A DNA stretch of 64,000 bases, taken from a virus. Shown one piece after another: positions 53,171 to 63,573 of the stretch. The stretch spans positions 14,699 to 78,698 of IMG/VR virus record IMGVR_UViG_3300025413_001414; one strand, given 5' to 3'. How positions within the stretch are numbered: the stretch's first letter is position 1; each line of letters begins with the position of its first letter. The notes below the pieces were generated by a model, which saw only the letters and a program-made list of their open reading frames with translations, did not search any database and was not told the DNA's origin. Position numbers and translations under genes: made by a program.

Positions 53171-54718
53171 ATGAGAATTCGCAAAGTTAATGAAATTAAT
53201 TTAAGTTTGAAAGAACTTGACAAAAGATCTAATGGAGATATTTTAGTCAAGAAAATAAAGGAAGAAGATCCTATTCAAGTTAATAAAATCAGAAACAAAG
53301 CCACCCTTAAGAAAGGAGAAATTACGGTCATCAATCAAGATGATATTATTCCAAATATTACTAACGACGAAGGTCATTATGATAAAGAAAAAGGTAAGGA
53401 CTTTTTTTCCAAAGGTAGTAGATATAAAGAAGTAATTGATGGTGGTGAGCAAATGTATCAACTTAATGATATTGAAAAAACTACAGACTTTGGAAGCAGT
53501 GGTGGATCAAGTCTTGGATCACCCAGTACAAGAGATGTTGAAACAATTCAATGTTTCTTTTTATCCTATCGTCAATATAAAAGAAGTCTAATACTTAGTG
53601 AAGATATAGACTCTATTTTAGAAATGGAAGATGACTTATTTGAACATATTAAAAAATTTGTTGAAAGTCAAATTGATGTAACAAAAGAGTTAATAGAAAA
53701 ATATATCGAAAGAGGTTGGGTAACAACATTTATCAAAACAGCAAATGCTATATTTAGATTAGGAGAAGAAGATTCTGGATTTAGAGGAAGATTCCTAATT
53801 GATGTTAAAAAAATATACAAGTTTTGTCAAATTTCTTCTGAAACAGGTCTAGTAAATATCATAAAGAATACATATAGAAAATGTGGTAAAAAGATATCTA
53901 TTTCTAAATGGAATCCTTCAGATGTTTGGATGGTTGAAAAGAAATCAGAACTTAGAGTAATTGATGAATTTAGACACATAAATAATATCAAAGAATTAAA
54001 TAACTACATAGATAATAGTTTTGATAACAGGAAACTAATTGGACTATCACTTAAAAAAGTATCTGAGAAAGAAGATATTAAAATCATTGCTAATAAAGTA
54101 ACAGCACCACCTCGATATACTTATAATAATGTTAGAGTGTCTCAAGACGCTACTTCCACTACCGGTCTAAAGATATTGGTAGAAAGAAGAAGAAACCGTG
54201 ATTTCAGCTCAGGAATAGAATCTATGACAGTTAGAAGTAAGCAAGGTAGTGTCGTAACTAATATTATGGGTGAAGTTGATGGAGTTATGTCAAGACACGG
54301 TCAAATTAGTCTGACTAGAATAAACGAAATTTTAAAAAAATATGAAATCGAGCGTGTTCCAATGGCTAAATCTTCTGGTCCAGCGGGTGAATCTTTCTAT
54401 GAGTCAGGTTTAGAAACTTGGACCGATGATGAATTAAAAGAGGAGATTAATGTAATTAATGATGATATTATAGAACATTATGGTGAAGATATAGTTGCTA
54501 GAAAAGTTAGCAGACAATATCAAGAAAATAGAGCTAGATTAGTTTCTAAATATCAATCGCTTTTTTTAGTTTGGATTTTAATGGAAAATGCAAGTGTTCC
54601 TTCTGAACTTCCTGGGTTAAGCATCTCTGATAGAATTGTAGAGGAAATGTTTCATTATGCATTAGCTATCAATACAGGTCATTATAGAACTCCTAAATAT
54701 GTTAGAGTTGTCGATTAA
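53171..54718 (+). CDS. Putative PD-(D/E)xK restriction-like nuclease
   Basis: KWNPSDVW...LIGLSLKK; likely start MRIRKVNE at 53171 after TATATATA. Confidence 0.5.
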   Translation: MRIRKVNEINLSLKELDKRSNGDILVKKIKEEDPIQVNKIRNKATLKKGEITVINQDDIIPNITNDEGHYDKEKGKDFFSKGSRYKEVIDGGEQMYQLNDIEKTTDFGSSGGSSLGSPSTRDVETIQCFFLSYRQYKRSLILSEDIDSILEMEDDLFEHIKKFVESQIDVTKELIEKYIERGWVTTFIKTANAIFRLGEEDSGFRGRFLIDVKKIYKFCQISSETGLVNIIKNTYRKCGKKISISKWNPSDVWMVEKKSELRVIDEFRHINNIKELNNYIDNSFDNRKLIGLSLKKVSEKEDIKIIANKVTAPPRYTYNNVRVSQDATSTTGLKILVERRRNRDFSSGIESMTVRSKQGSVVTNIMGEVDGVMSRHGQISLTRINEILKKYEIERVPMAKSSGPAGESFYESGLETWTDDELKEEINVINDDIIEHYGEDIVARKVSRQYQENRARLVSKYQSLFLVWILMENASVPSELPGLSISDRIVEEMFHYALAINTGHYRTPKYVRVVD

Positions 54719-54747
54719 ACTTAAATAGTTTTTTAATTATAATACTA

Positions 54748-55143
54748 ATGGCGTTAAAAAGTAAAAAAGTTAAAAATACATCCAATAGTGTTTTAACCGT
54801 TCAAACCGGAAATAGTATAAACGTTACATCTAGTGGCACCCTGGTTACCTCAGGAACAACTACAGTTAATAGCCCTTGGTATATACCTTCTGGAACAACA
54901 ACAAATGTATTATATTCTATTAACAAAACAAGCTATAATGTTTTAGGAATAGAAATTGAGGTTGAAGGAGAAAGCAATTTTAATGTTGCTTTATGTTTAG
55001 CTTTAATAAATACAAATGGTCTTGAATTTTACATAGAACTAAAAAAACAGGAAATAAGTTTTCCTAATGAAATTGGTGAATATTTAGAATCTGAATTAGT
55101 AAAGTATCTCAGAGATAAAAAAATAGAAGAGGTTATTAAATAA
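54748..55143 (+). CDS. Hypothetical with C-terminal RDKKIEEVI tag
   Basis: ORF. Confidence 0.55.
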   Translation: MALKSKKVKNTSNSVLTVQTGNSINVTSSGTLVTSGTTTVNSPWYIPSGTTTNVLYSINKTSYNVLGIEIEVEGESNFNVALCLALINTNGLEFYIELKKQEISFPNEIGEYLESELVKYLRDKKIEEVIK

Positions 55144-55183
55144 ACATAACCTAATTTTTTATCTATACAAATAAAAACTCATT

Positions 55184-56161
55184 ATGATTTTATGCGATTT
55201 AATATTAGACGGCAACTATCTGCTTAATCGCAATGTTTTCAGTCTGCATAAAAATAATCTTTTATTTGGGGCACTTTCTAAAAGCTTAGAAATGTCGGTT
55301 ACAAATTATAAAAAATGGTTTCCCTTTGCTAATATTTATTTTGTATCCGACTCCAGAGAAAAATCTTGGAGAAAAAAAATTAACAAAGATTATAAAGCTA
55401 ATAGAAAAAAGGATAGTGATATAGATTGGGAATTCGTATTTGGTGCTTACTCGGAATTTAAAGAATCCTTACCATACAAAGGAATCAAAGTTTTGGAATC
55501 ACCTCACATTGAGGGTGATGATTTCATTTCTTATATAGTATCAAAATCAAATAATGATAATATTTCCACTTTGATTGTATCAAATGACTATGACATTAAG
55601 CAATTGATTAAATATAACTTAGATCCACTTTATATCAACATTATGTCCAATGAAATGTTAAATAAACAAAAACTATTCTTACCTAAAAACTATCAAATCT
55701 TTTTAACTGAAATTAATAAATTAGAGGATAATGATGATATTTTCAATCTAAATGATAATGTTGAATTTATTAATTTATTATCTAGTTTTATGGAAAAGTA
55801 TGATATACAAGAAGTAGATCCAATTGAATCTTTAATTATTAAATTGATTTCTGGAGATCAAAGTGATAATATATCATCTGTTTGGTCAATTATCAAAAAT
55901 GGTAAAAGACGTGGTATTGGAGAAAAAGGAGCTAAAAGTATTTTTGATAATTACTTAACAGAATTTGGAGATGTTAATTTATCTGACCCAGATTTATTTG
56001 AAAATATAGCTGATTTAATTTGTGAAAAAAAGAATTTAAGTAAAACAACAATATCAGAGATTAAAATTAATATTGAAAAGAATATGAGGTTGATTTATTT
56101 AGATACAAACTCAATGCCACCAGAGGTAAAAAGGAGAATTCAAAATGAATTCAATAAGTAA
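55184..56161 (+). CDS. rnh: RNase H / 5'-3' exonuclease (T4 rnh-like FEN family)
   Basis: ILDGNY, SWRK...YKANR, EGDD, SNDYD, GDQSDNI. Confidence 0.85.
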   Translation: MILCDLILDGNYLLNRNVFSLHKNNLLFGALSKSLEMSVTNYKKWFPFANIYFVSDSREKSWRKKINKDYKANRKKDSDIDWEFVFGAYSEFKESLPYKGIKVLESPHIEGDDFISYIVSKSNNDNISTLIVSNDYDIKQLIKYNLDPLYINIMSNEMLNKQKLFLPKNYQIFLTEINKLEDNDDIFNLNDNVEFINLLSSFMEKYDIQEVDPIESLIIKLISGDQSDNISSVWSIIKNGKRRGIGEKGAKSIFDNYLTEFGDVNLSDPDLFENIADLICEKKNLSKTTISEIKINIEKNMRLIYLDTNSMPPEVKRRIQNEFNK

Positions 56162-56696
56162 ACAATTTGAGGAATGGGTTTTAAGAAATAGAGATAGTAT
56201 TAAAAAATCCTGCTTAAATACGCTTTATGTAGAAAATCGTGTAGGTATCAAAGGAACAGTATTAGAAAAGAAGGTTTCGGTGAATAGTGAAATTATTCAT
56301 AAATGGGGTTCAATTGTCGAAAGTTTTTTTAAAAAAACAAATATTTCTGTTAGAGTTAAACAATATATTTGTTTATATTGTGAAATTCTTCACCTATTCA
56401 GTCAGTCAAGTTATTTTACATTTTTAAATCCGATAGACAAAATTAATATAGATGTAGAGCTTAATGAAATTTATAATAAAATTATTAATGGAAAAATAAG
56501 GTCTAAAATTATTGATAAATATTATAACTACTTAACTGGAGAAACTGAATATCTTTTAGAAGATGGTAGATATGTTCCTATTGATGGAGATAAACATCCT
56601 ATTTTAGAAATTGATTTATCGATTTTACCAACTGAATTACTAATGATTATAGATGATGTTGAATATAGAAACAATAAAATAGACCAACTTATTTAA
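56145..56696 (+). CDS. Hypothetical with C-terminal RNNKIDQLI tag
   Basis: ORF. Confidence 0.55.
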   Translation: MNSISKQFEEWVLRNRDSIKKSCLNTLYVENRVGIKGTVLEKKVSVNSEIIHKWGSIVESFFKKTNISVRVKQYICLYCEILHLFSQSSYFTFLNPIDKINIDVELNEIYNKIINGKIRSKIIDKYYNYLTGETEYLLEDGRYVPIDGDKHPILEIDLSILPTELLMIIDDVEYRNNKIDQLI

Positions 56697-56697
56697 T

Positions 56698-57099
56698 ATG
56701 GCTGAAATAATTGATGTTGCAAACGCAATGTTTAGAGACAGAAACAAATGGAAAGATATTACAGATGAAGATAAACAAAAGTTCTTTTTTATCTTTAATA
56801 GATATTTTTCAAAAAAATTCCCTGATAAATCTAAACTTTTGAATGATAAGTTAATAAATACCATATCCGCGATGGATTTATGGTTTCTTTTTATGCAAGA
56901 TAAATCCTATCCGAAATGGTTCTGGTCAAAGTCCAACTCTTCAAAGACTAATCCTCATATTAGTGATAAAGAAATTTCATACTTGCTACAAGAACATGAT
57001 TTAAAGAGAGAAGATTTAGAGATTTTAATGAAATTTTATCCTGATATTGTAAAAGAAGAGGTTAAATATTATAGAGATGACCAAAAAGAAAATAAATAG
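56698..57099 (+). CDS. Hypothetical protein
   Basis: FFIFNRYFS...PKWFW; family not firmly recognised. Confidence 0.55.
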   Translation: MAEIIDVANAMFRDRNKWKDITDEDKQKFFFIFNRYFSKKFPDKSKLLNDKLINTISAMDLWFLFMQDKSYPKWFWSKSNSSKTNPHISDKEISYLLQEHDLKREDLEILMKFYPDIVKEEVKYYRDDQKENK

Positions 57100-57255
57100 T
57101 AAAAATTGCACCCTTTTACACTGGTCCCTTTATAAGGGAATTTTTAAATCTTATTTTGTATTAAATAATAAATTCTATAGTGATATCAGATAAATAACAG
57201 TTCAAAACAAGATTACAACCTTATTTAAGAGTCGAAAAAATAAAAATAATAATAA

Positions 57256-57783
57256 ATGGAAACTAAATGTTACACAGTTAAAGTAATGTCTAATAGAGAG
57301 AAGTCTTTATCTGAAAGAATTAAATTAGAAATGAATAGAAATCAAATTGAAGTAGAGATTTTTATTCCAATGGAAAGAGTTTATTTTGCAAAAAATGGGA
57401 AAAAAGCTCATCGTGAAAAGATTATGTATCCTGGATACCTCTTTATTGAAACCGCTAATTTAGCCACATTACAAGACATTTTAAAATCAGTTCCAGGAGC
57501 TACTGGTGTTTTAAAGTCAAAAACAGGAGAGCCAACGATTTTAAAAGCTAATGAGTTAGAACAAATTAAAAGAGAGTCTAATAAAGTAGTTGAAACAGTA
57601 GATTTATTAAACTATGTTGTTGGAGAAACTGTAGAAATCATAGGAGGACCTTTTGATAAATTCAGAGGAACCATTGACGAAATTAATAAAGAAAAAAATA
57701 AGGTCAAGCTTAACGTCCTAATTTTTGGAAGACCTACTCCTGTAGATCTATCAATGGAACAAATTCAAAAAGTCTTAGATTAA
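57256..57783 (+). CDS. nusG: Transcription elongation factor NusG
   Basis: YPGYLFI NGN domain; GETVEIIGGPF KOW; IFGRPTPV. Confidence 0.92.
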   Translation: METKCYTVKVMSNREKSLSERIKLEMNRNQIEVEIFIPMERVYFAKNGKKAHREKIMYPGYLFIETANLATLQDILKSVPGATGVLKSKTGEPTILKANELEQIKRESNKVVETVDLLNYVVGETVEIIGGPFDKFRGTIDEINKEKNKVKLNVLIFGRPTPVDLSMEQIQKVLD

Positions 57784-58529
57784 TGTATCAAGCCAAGAAA
57801 AATACTATTTATGGAAATTGCAGTGTCCTTTCACCAGAAGGTATATTGATGTTTAAGTGCAATGAAAAGAAAATGAATTGGTATTTAAATAGAAACTTGG
57901 CTACTATAGTGAATAATAATCCACCAACTATTCAATTAAACTTCATTCCTAACGGACTTGGAAATCACAATAAATCTTATGGTTTAGGTAAAATGGAAAA
58001 TATTTGTGTTAATTGTGGGACTCCTCATCAATTAACTAGACATCATATAGTCCCATTTTGTTATAGAAAATATTTTCCAATGGATTTAAAATCACATAAT
58101 TTTCATGATGTTTTACCAATGTGTATTCCATGTCATAATAATTATGAAAGAGAAGCTGATAATTTAAAACAAGAGATAGCTAAAAAATATAACTCACCTA
58201 TAAATGGTGTGGTTATTGAAGATAAAATACTATACTCTTATTTTAAAATGGTAATTACTCTTTTAAGAAAAGATATTATTATTCCAAAACATCGAGTTAA
58301 AGAAATGAGGAATAATATTAAACAATATTTCAATATTAAAAGGCTAACAACTGCTAGATTAAAAAAATTATCTGAAATTGAATTTAGAAAATTAATATCA
58401 ACTCATGGAGAAGTTGTTATTAATCAAATTGAAGATATACAGGAATTCATCGAGATGTGGAGAAAGCATTTTATCAAAAACAATGAATGTAAATTTTTAC
58501 CAGAAAACTGGAGTATAAATACTAAATAG
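57783..58529 (+). CDS. HNH-like nuclease resembling the EXD2 C-terminal domain
   Basis: YGNC..LSPEG, WYL, CVNCG, HHIVP..YRKYFP..KSHNFHDVLPMC..CH. Confidence 0.7.
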   Translation: MYQAKKNTIYGNCSVLSPEGILMFKCNEKKMNWYLNRNLATIVNNNPPTIQLNFIPNGLGNHNKSYGLGKMENICVNCGTPHQLTRHHIVPFCYRKYFPMDLKSHNFHDVLPMCIPCHNNYEREADNLKQEIAKKYNSPINGVVIEDKILYSYFKMVITLLRKDIIIPKHRVKEMRNNIKQYFNIKRLTTARLKKLSEIEFRKLISTHGEVVINQIEDIQEFIEMWRKHFIKNNECKFLPENWSINTK

Positions 58530-58652
58530 CCATTAGTAATTATAAAACATTCTGTAATCAACTAAATCATATTTCACATGATTATGTGTAAAGATGTAGT
58601 TTCTTGAACAATGAATACAAAATTGATGACTTATCCAAAGACATGGTGTAGT

Positions 58653-59564
58653 TCATAAGAAGTCTTGTCTATACTTTAAGAGAGCTATATCCTTTTTTTT
58701 ACATTCTAATTCCGTATCAAAATCCAAACCAAAAGTTTGGATTTTTTCATAGATATAATCAGCATGTGCAGTCTGAACTGACTTTTCATCTTCAATTTTT
58801 TTAGATGAAGACATATGTGTTAATGGCTTAACATTCCAGGTTGATAAAGCCAACTTCAAAGCTTCTTCCATTGTTTGGTCTTGAGGACCATATAAAAAGT
58901 GAAATTGATCAAATACTATTGGAACTTTTAAATGTTGATAAATTCCATCATAAAGCATTTTAACAGAATATTGATTTGGACTATCATCATTTTCTAACGT
59001 TAATCTACTTTTACAAGAATCTGATAATAGTGGAAAATTCTGACAAAATCTTTGCATTGCCTCTTGACAAGTTGGTTTAGTAGTTCCGATATGTATATTA
59101 ATAGGATAATAATGTGATTTTTCTAAACCCATCAAATCCATTAACTCAGCATGTTTATTTAATTCATCAATAGTTTTAGTAACCACATCTGGATTTTCAC
59201 TTGCTAAGACACAAAAATGTGAAGGATGAAAAGATACTCTAATATCATTTGATTTTATTAAATCACCAAGATTTTTCATCTTTTCAGATATTAGTTTAAA
59301 ATTTGGCAAATCTGATAAATTGTAAAATCCGATACAAGGAAACATATCACTAGACATTCTATAAACATAAATATCTTTTGATATATTATATTCAAGTATT
59401 TTTTTGAGATCTGATATGTTTTGCAAAGCCAATTCAGAAACATAGGAAAGACCTTTGAATTCAAAAGTTTTTTTAATCATTCCCCTATTTACAAGAATAT
59501 GATCCTTTTTCTTTAACTTTTCATTTACTCCAATGCTTATACAACAATATCCAATTCTATTCAT
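58653..59564 (-). CDS. uvsE: UV damage endonuclease
   Basis: IGYCC, YRMSSDMFP, SFHP, LENDD, HADY; likely start MNRIG. Confidence 0.92.
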   Translation of the reverse strand: MNRIGYCCISIGVNEKLKKKDHILVNRGMIKKTFEFKGLSYVSELALQNISDLKKILEYNISKDIYVYRMSSDMFPCIGFYNLSDLPNFKLISEKMKNLGDLIKSNDIRVSFHPSHFCVLASENPDVVTKTIDELNKHAELMDLMGLEKSHYYPINIHIGTTKPTCQEAMQRFCQNFPLLSDSCKSRLTLENDDSPNQYSVKMLYDGIYQHLKVPIVFDQFHFLYGPQDQTMEEALKLALSTWNVKPLTHMSSSKKIEDEKSVQTAHADYIYEKIQTFGLDFDTELECKKKDIALLKYRQDFL

Positions 59565-59803
59565 AATATTAAAATATACACAAAGATACAAAATTTTTGA
59601 AATATCTGTTGCAGTTTATTATGAAATACTTCAATATCAAAGTCTGCCTCCCTTGCATAGGTAAACTCAAATACTTTAGGCATCATAAAAGTTTCCCTCT
59701 CTAGTTCTCTTAAATCTGAGGCGAACTCAAAATATTGACCTTCAACTGCCTGCATTTTCAAATTTCTAAGATATCTATATGATTTAAGGTATTTATTCTC
59801 CAT
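59561..59803 (-). CDS. Small protein with UVR-like motif
   Basis: AVEGQYFEFASDLRE. Confidence 0.5.
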   Translation of the reverse strand: MENKYLKSYRYLRNLKMQAVEGQYFEFASDLRELERETFMMPKVFEFTYAREADFDIEVFHNKLQQIFQKFCIFVYILIL

Positions 59804-59996
59804 TTAAAATTTTTTTAAGTTTTCTTTCTCTATTATCTTCTACTTTTTCAAAATTCATCTTATGAAACCATCCTGAGGGCCAATTCCAGCTAGTCTGGTC
59901 ATAATCTAAATAGTAGGAATCACCTTCTATATCAATGACTTTATATATTTTATGTTTCACTAAAAATTTTGAACCAGTAATACAAATAACATTCAT
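59793..59996 (-). CDS. Hypothetical with C-terminal RERKLKKIL tag
   Basis: ORF. Confidence 0.55.
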   Translation of the reverse strand: MNVICITGSKFLVKHKIYKVIDIEGDSYYLDYDQTSWNWPSGWFHKMNFEKVEDNRERKLKKILNGE

Positions 59997-60029
59997 AATT
60001 AAAATTTACGAAGAAATAATCAAATTTTT

Positions 60030-60533
60030 TTAAATGAAATTTTCTATATCTTTATAGTCATCAATTATTTTTAATAGAGCTAATTCTTTCTGAAATAGGA
60101 CTTCAAAACTATCAAATATATCTCTCCAAAATGAACCTATTAAAATAATAGGTGGCTTATTTTCCATCTTTCTTATAACATCTAATGATAAAAATAACTC
60201 AGATAATGTTCCAATACCACCTCTTTGCACAATATAAAGATCGGTATTTTCTATCAATCCTCTTAGTCTATCATAAATATCATCGCAAATTACCGTTCCG
60301 GTTAGATACTTATTACCTCTTGTGCTCGGAAATGTTTTACAAGTATATCCTATAGACTTTCCACCAGATTCATATGCTCCTTTGGAAACAGCTTCCATTA
60401 TACCTCTATATCCACCACTTTTTATAATGAATCCTTTATTTGTTAGAATTTTTACCAATTCAACACTTTCAAGATATTCCTTAGTTGAAGTATCATTCAT
60501 TGCTCCACCAAAAACAACAGCATATTTATTCAT
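60030..60533 (-). CDS. LOG-family (Rossmann-fold nucleotide-binding) protein
   Basis: GGYRGIMEAVSKGA, GGIGTLSEL. Confidence 0.85.
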   Translation of the reverse strand: MNKYAVVFGGAMNDTSTKEYLESVELVKILTNKGFIIKSGGYRGIMEAVSKGAYESGGKSIGYTCKTFPSTRGNKYLTGTVICDDIYDRLRGLIENTDLYIVQRGGIGTLSELFLSLDVIRKMENKPPIILIGSFWRDIFDSFEVLFQKELALLKIIDDYKDIENFI

Positions 60534-60970
60534 AATTTACTCATAAATTTTTTAACTAATTCTCTATCCACTTTAGCAGTTGTGGCACCACCTGGTTTAA
60601 AATAACTACCAACAATAGCACCATCAACCCATTCCATTTGATTTATATTATCAGCAGTTAGTCCAGCCCCAATAATTAAAGGAAAATTACCAATAACACT
60701 TCTGAAATATTTGATTTTATCCAAAGGAGTTTCTTTACCAGTTCCCTGTCCAGTTACAACAATGGCATCACAAAGTTTCATACCCATCTTTAAATCCTCT
60801 TCCAAATTAGAACCTTTAACAGGCGTGTAATATTTAGGCCAAACACCACCTAATACTTTTATATTAGGATATGATAAGTAATCATCTACATCAATCGCTC
60901 TATCCCTTTCATATCTACCGGAAATAAAATCAAGTTGAATGAATTTACCACCATATTTGTGAGCAATTTC
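60530..60970 (-). pseudogene. BtpA/SgcQ-family gene, 3' part (interrupted)
   Basis: EIAHKYGGKFIQLDF...PKY...DAIVVTG.GTG...DGAIVGSYFK. Confidence 0.8.
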
Positions 60971-61461
60971 GCCCTTGGGCTATACCCGGCACCCCCGGCT
61001 TGGAACACCGTGTTGGCGGACTGGAAAAACAAGATGTTACCGGTAATGTAAGTTACGATGCCGACAACCACCAGCATATGGTTAAAACAAGGCAGGCCAA
61101 AGTTGACATGATTGCCAACTACATACCCGAACAAACGTTGGACAGCGGGCCTGCCGCCGGCAAGGTGCTGGTACTAGGCTGGGGCAGCACGTACGGGGTT
61201 ATAAAAAGCAGTGTGCTGGAATTGCAAGCCCAAGGCCATGCGGTTAGCCACGCCCACCTACGGTACATACGGCCGTTCCCCCGTAATTTGGGTGAAATAC
61301 TCCGCAACTTTGACACTGTGTTAATACCGGAAATAAACAACGGCCAGTTGATTAAAATTATACGCGACCAATACTTTGTTGATGCAAAAGGCTACAACAA
61401 AATAATGGGTATACCCATTACTAAAATGGAGTTGGTGGATGAGATTAAAAAGTATATCTAA
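60970..61461 (+). pseudogene. korA: 2-oxoacid:acceptor oxidoreductase alpha subunit, 3' fragment (bacterial)
   Basis: RPWAIPGTPGLEHRVGGLEK, GWGSTYG, PEINNGQL; GC much higher than flanks. Confidence 0.85.
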
Positions 61462-61758
61462 ATCCCTTCCGAAGCAGCCCTAACGGACTAAACGCCGGTG
61501 AAGAAACTAACCACAGAGTTAAAGGAGTTTTTTCACGGAGTTACACAGCGTTTTTTAGCGAATTAAGCAGCAAGGCTACGGTTGTCAGTAATCTGAATAG
61601 CCCTTTCATTCAAAACAGCTGGTTAGGTGCGATTTATTTGACGCCCCTACCCAGTTTGTAGGTTATCGTTGAAGCATTGTCGTTGTAGGAGCAATCAGGG
61701 AACGTCAGCCCCTATAACGCCAATGCAATGTTAGGCGTAGCGCTTGTTCACGATCTGT

Positions 61759-63573
61759 CTATGCAAACATTGCGATTTGTCCATTACTTACGGGTGTCAT
61801 TTCGCTTAGAAAATTGTCCCACAAGTTCAATGTCAAGCTAAGTTTGTACTTGTCATTTAGCTCATTTAATTCTGTTTCCAAATTTTGCTTGTCGACGGTT
61901 TTTGCTAATTTCAAAAGGTCGATTCTCATTAATACATCTTTTGTAAATGTTCTTTTTGCGTCTGCAAAAGTTACTGATTGCAAAAACTGCATTGTCGTGT
62001 CTGAATTTAAAAGTATCAAAGCATAAACAGCAAATTCTATTTTGTCGAAACCTATCAAATAACAAGTGTCATCAAGCATTACCGGCTTGTCGGCTTGTGG
62101 TAGAATTAGTGTGAAATGAAACGTTTTATAAAGTCCTGATATGGCAACTTTATAGGGTTTAAAAGAGTAGTCCCCAATACCAAAAATTGAAAATAAAGGT
62201 TTGTTGTTATAGATACTTGATTTCCGTGCATCAAAATTTGCCTGATGTTCTGTCAAGTATTGATATGTTTTTGGATAATCGTGTTTTATGTATTTAGTTT
62301 CTTGTCCAACTTTTCGTTGTGTAACGATTGTGAATTTTCTTGTCTGGCTGATGACTGTGTTTTTAAGGTCAGAACTTTTAAGAAGACCATAAACCAAATC
62401 ATCTTCTAATTTCACTTCTTCATTTAAGCCATTTATATAATGTCCGTTTACTTTGTCCAATTCCATTACGCTTGAGCAGTCGTGTTTCAAGCCTTGTCGC
62501 CAAACGAAAGGACATTTGCCATCTATTTTTTTTGTATGAATGTAGGTGTCGATGTTTGAAACAAATTTGTCGTTTAACCAACCAAAACGTAGTTTTTTTC
62601 TTTCTTCTAATCTTCTTTGACTTCTTTTAATTGTTCGTAATTGATTTATTGAGTAAAAATCGAACTCTTCACAATCAAATTCAGGAGTAGCATTTAATTC
62701 ACAATAGAATAAAGAGGCTTCAACGGAAACATTGAATTCTTTCTTGCTGTCAATACAATGCTTTTCGATAGATGCAATGTTGTATTTGTTTTTAGTTTGG
62801 TCGAAAACAATATTCTTAATAACAGAATTTTTAACCAATAAAAGTAAATGTCCTTTCATTTTCTGAAAGGTTTCAAGCATTGTTATGGCAATGAATTCTG
62901 CAATGTCAAAGTTACCTTTGCCTGTCATTGCATCTAAACCGCTATGATTTTTAAAATTAGTCTTCTTGGGTAAGTTAGCTGAATTAAGGCTTCCCAATTT
63001 TGAGTTTGTAACCCACGGCGGATTGCCAATTACTAAAATGTCTTTATCCGAAAATTGCTTTTCAATTTGCTTGAATTCAAAGTCAAAAACATTACAATGA
63101 GCTATAGAAATTACTGGTTTTTTCGTTTCGGGGTTTTCAAGAAAAAAGTCGACAATACTAAATTTGGTCTCCCACACATAAGGTTTGTAAATTTCAATTC
63201 CGAATATGTTTTTGATGTTCTGAAAATTCTTTAAAGATGCGATGATAAAATTGCCTTTTCCACAAGTTGGCTCAACAATGATTGCTGGTGAAATATTTTT
63301 TGAAGCTAAATGTTGCGTTACCTTATTTGCTAAATCTTCATTTGTCTGAAAGTCGCCATATTCAGCCCTGTCAGGCTCTTCAAGTATATTGCAATTATCA
63401 GAAATGACTTCTTTAAGTGTTCCTAAATCTTCATCATTATCAAAAAAATGTTTAATGCCGAAGGCAACAAACATTTTTTGATTGGCTAATTCAAATGATG
63501 AAGTGTTTCTTAAATTCTGATTTAAGAAATCCGAAACTTTATGACTAATATTTGCTTCAAATACTTTCATCAT
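61759..63573 (-). CDS. N6-adenine DNA methyltransferase of a bacterial type II R-M system
   Basis: GDFQT, EPTCGKG, GNPPW. Confidence 0.85.
   Translation of the reverse strand: MMKVFEANISHKVSDFLNQNLRNTSSFELANQKMFVAFGIKHFFDNDEDLGTLKEVISDNCNILEEPDRAEYGDFQTNEDLANKVTQHLASKNISPAIIVEPTCGKGNFIIASLKNFQNIKNIFGIEIYKPYVWETKFSIVDFFLENPETKKPVISIAHCNVFDFEFKQIEKQFSDKDILVIGNPPWVTNSKLGSLNSANLPKKTNFKNHSGLDAMTGKGNFDIAEFIAITMLETFQKMKGHLLLLVKNSVIKNIVFDQTKNKYNIASIEKHCIDSKKEFNVSVEASLFYCELNATPEFDCEEFDFYSINQLRTIKRSQRRLEERKKLRFGWLNDKFVSNIDTYIHTKKIDGKCPFVWRQGLKHDCSSVMELDKVNGHYINGLNEEVKLEDDLVYGLLKSSDLKNTVISQTRKFTIVTQRKVGQETKYIKHDYPKTYQYLTEHQANFDARKSSIYNNKPLFSIFGIGDYSFKPYKVAISGLYKTFHFTLILPQADKPVMLDDTCYLIGFDKIEFAVYALILLNSDTTMQFLQSVTFADAKRTFTKDVLMRIDLLKLAKTVDKQNLETELNELNDKYKLSLTLNLWDNFLSEMTPVSNGQIAMFA

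Noticed and set aside
61462-61758. Integron attC-like sites (CCCTAAC, CTATAAC...GTTAGGC) and REP-like repeat in the insert
   Set aside because: Core motifs are short and I could not build a convincing attC hairpin; no integrase present
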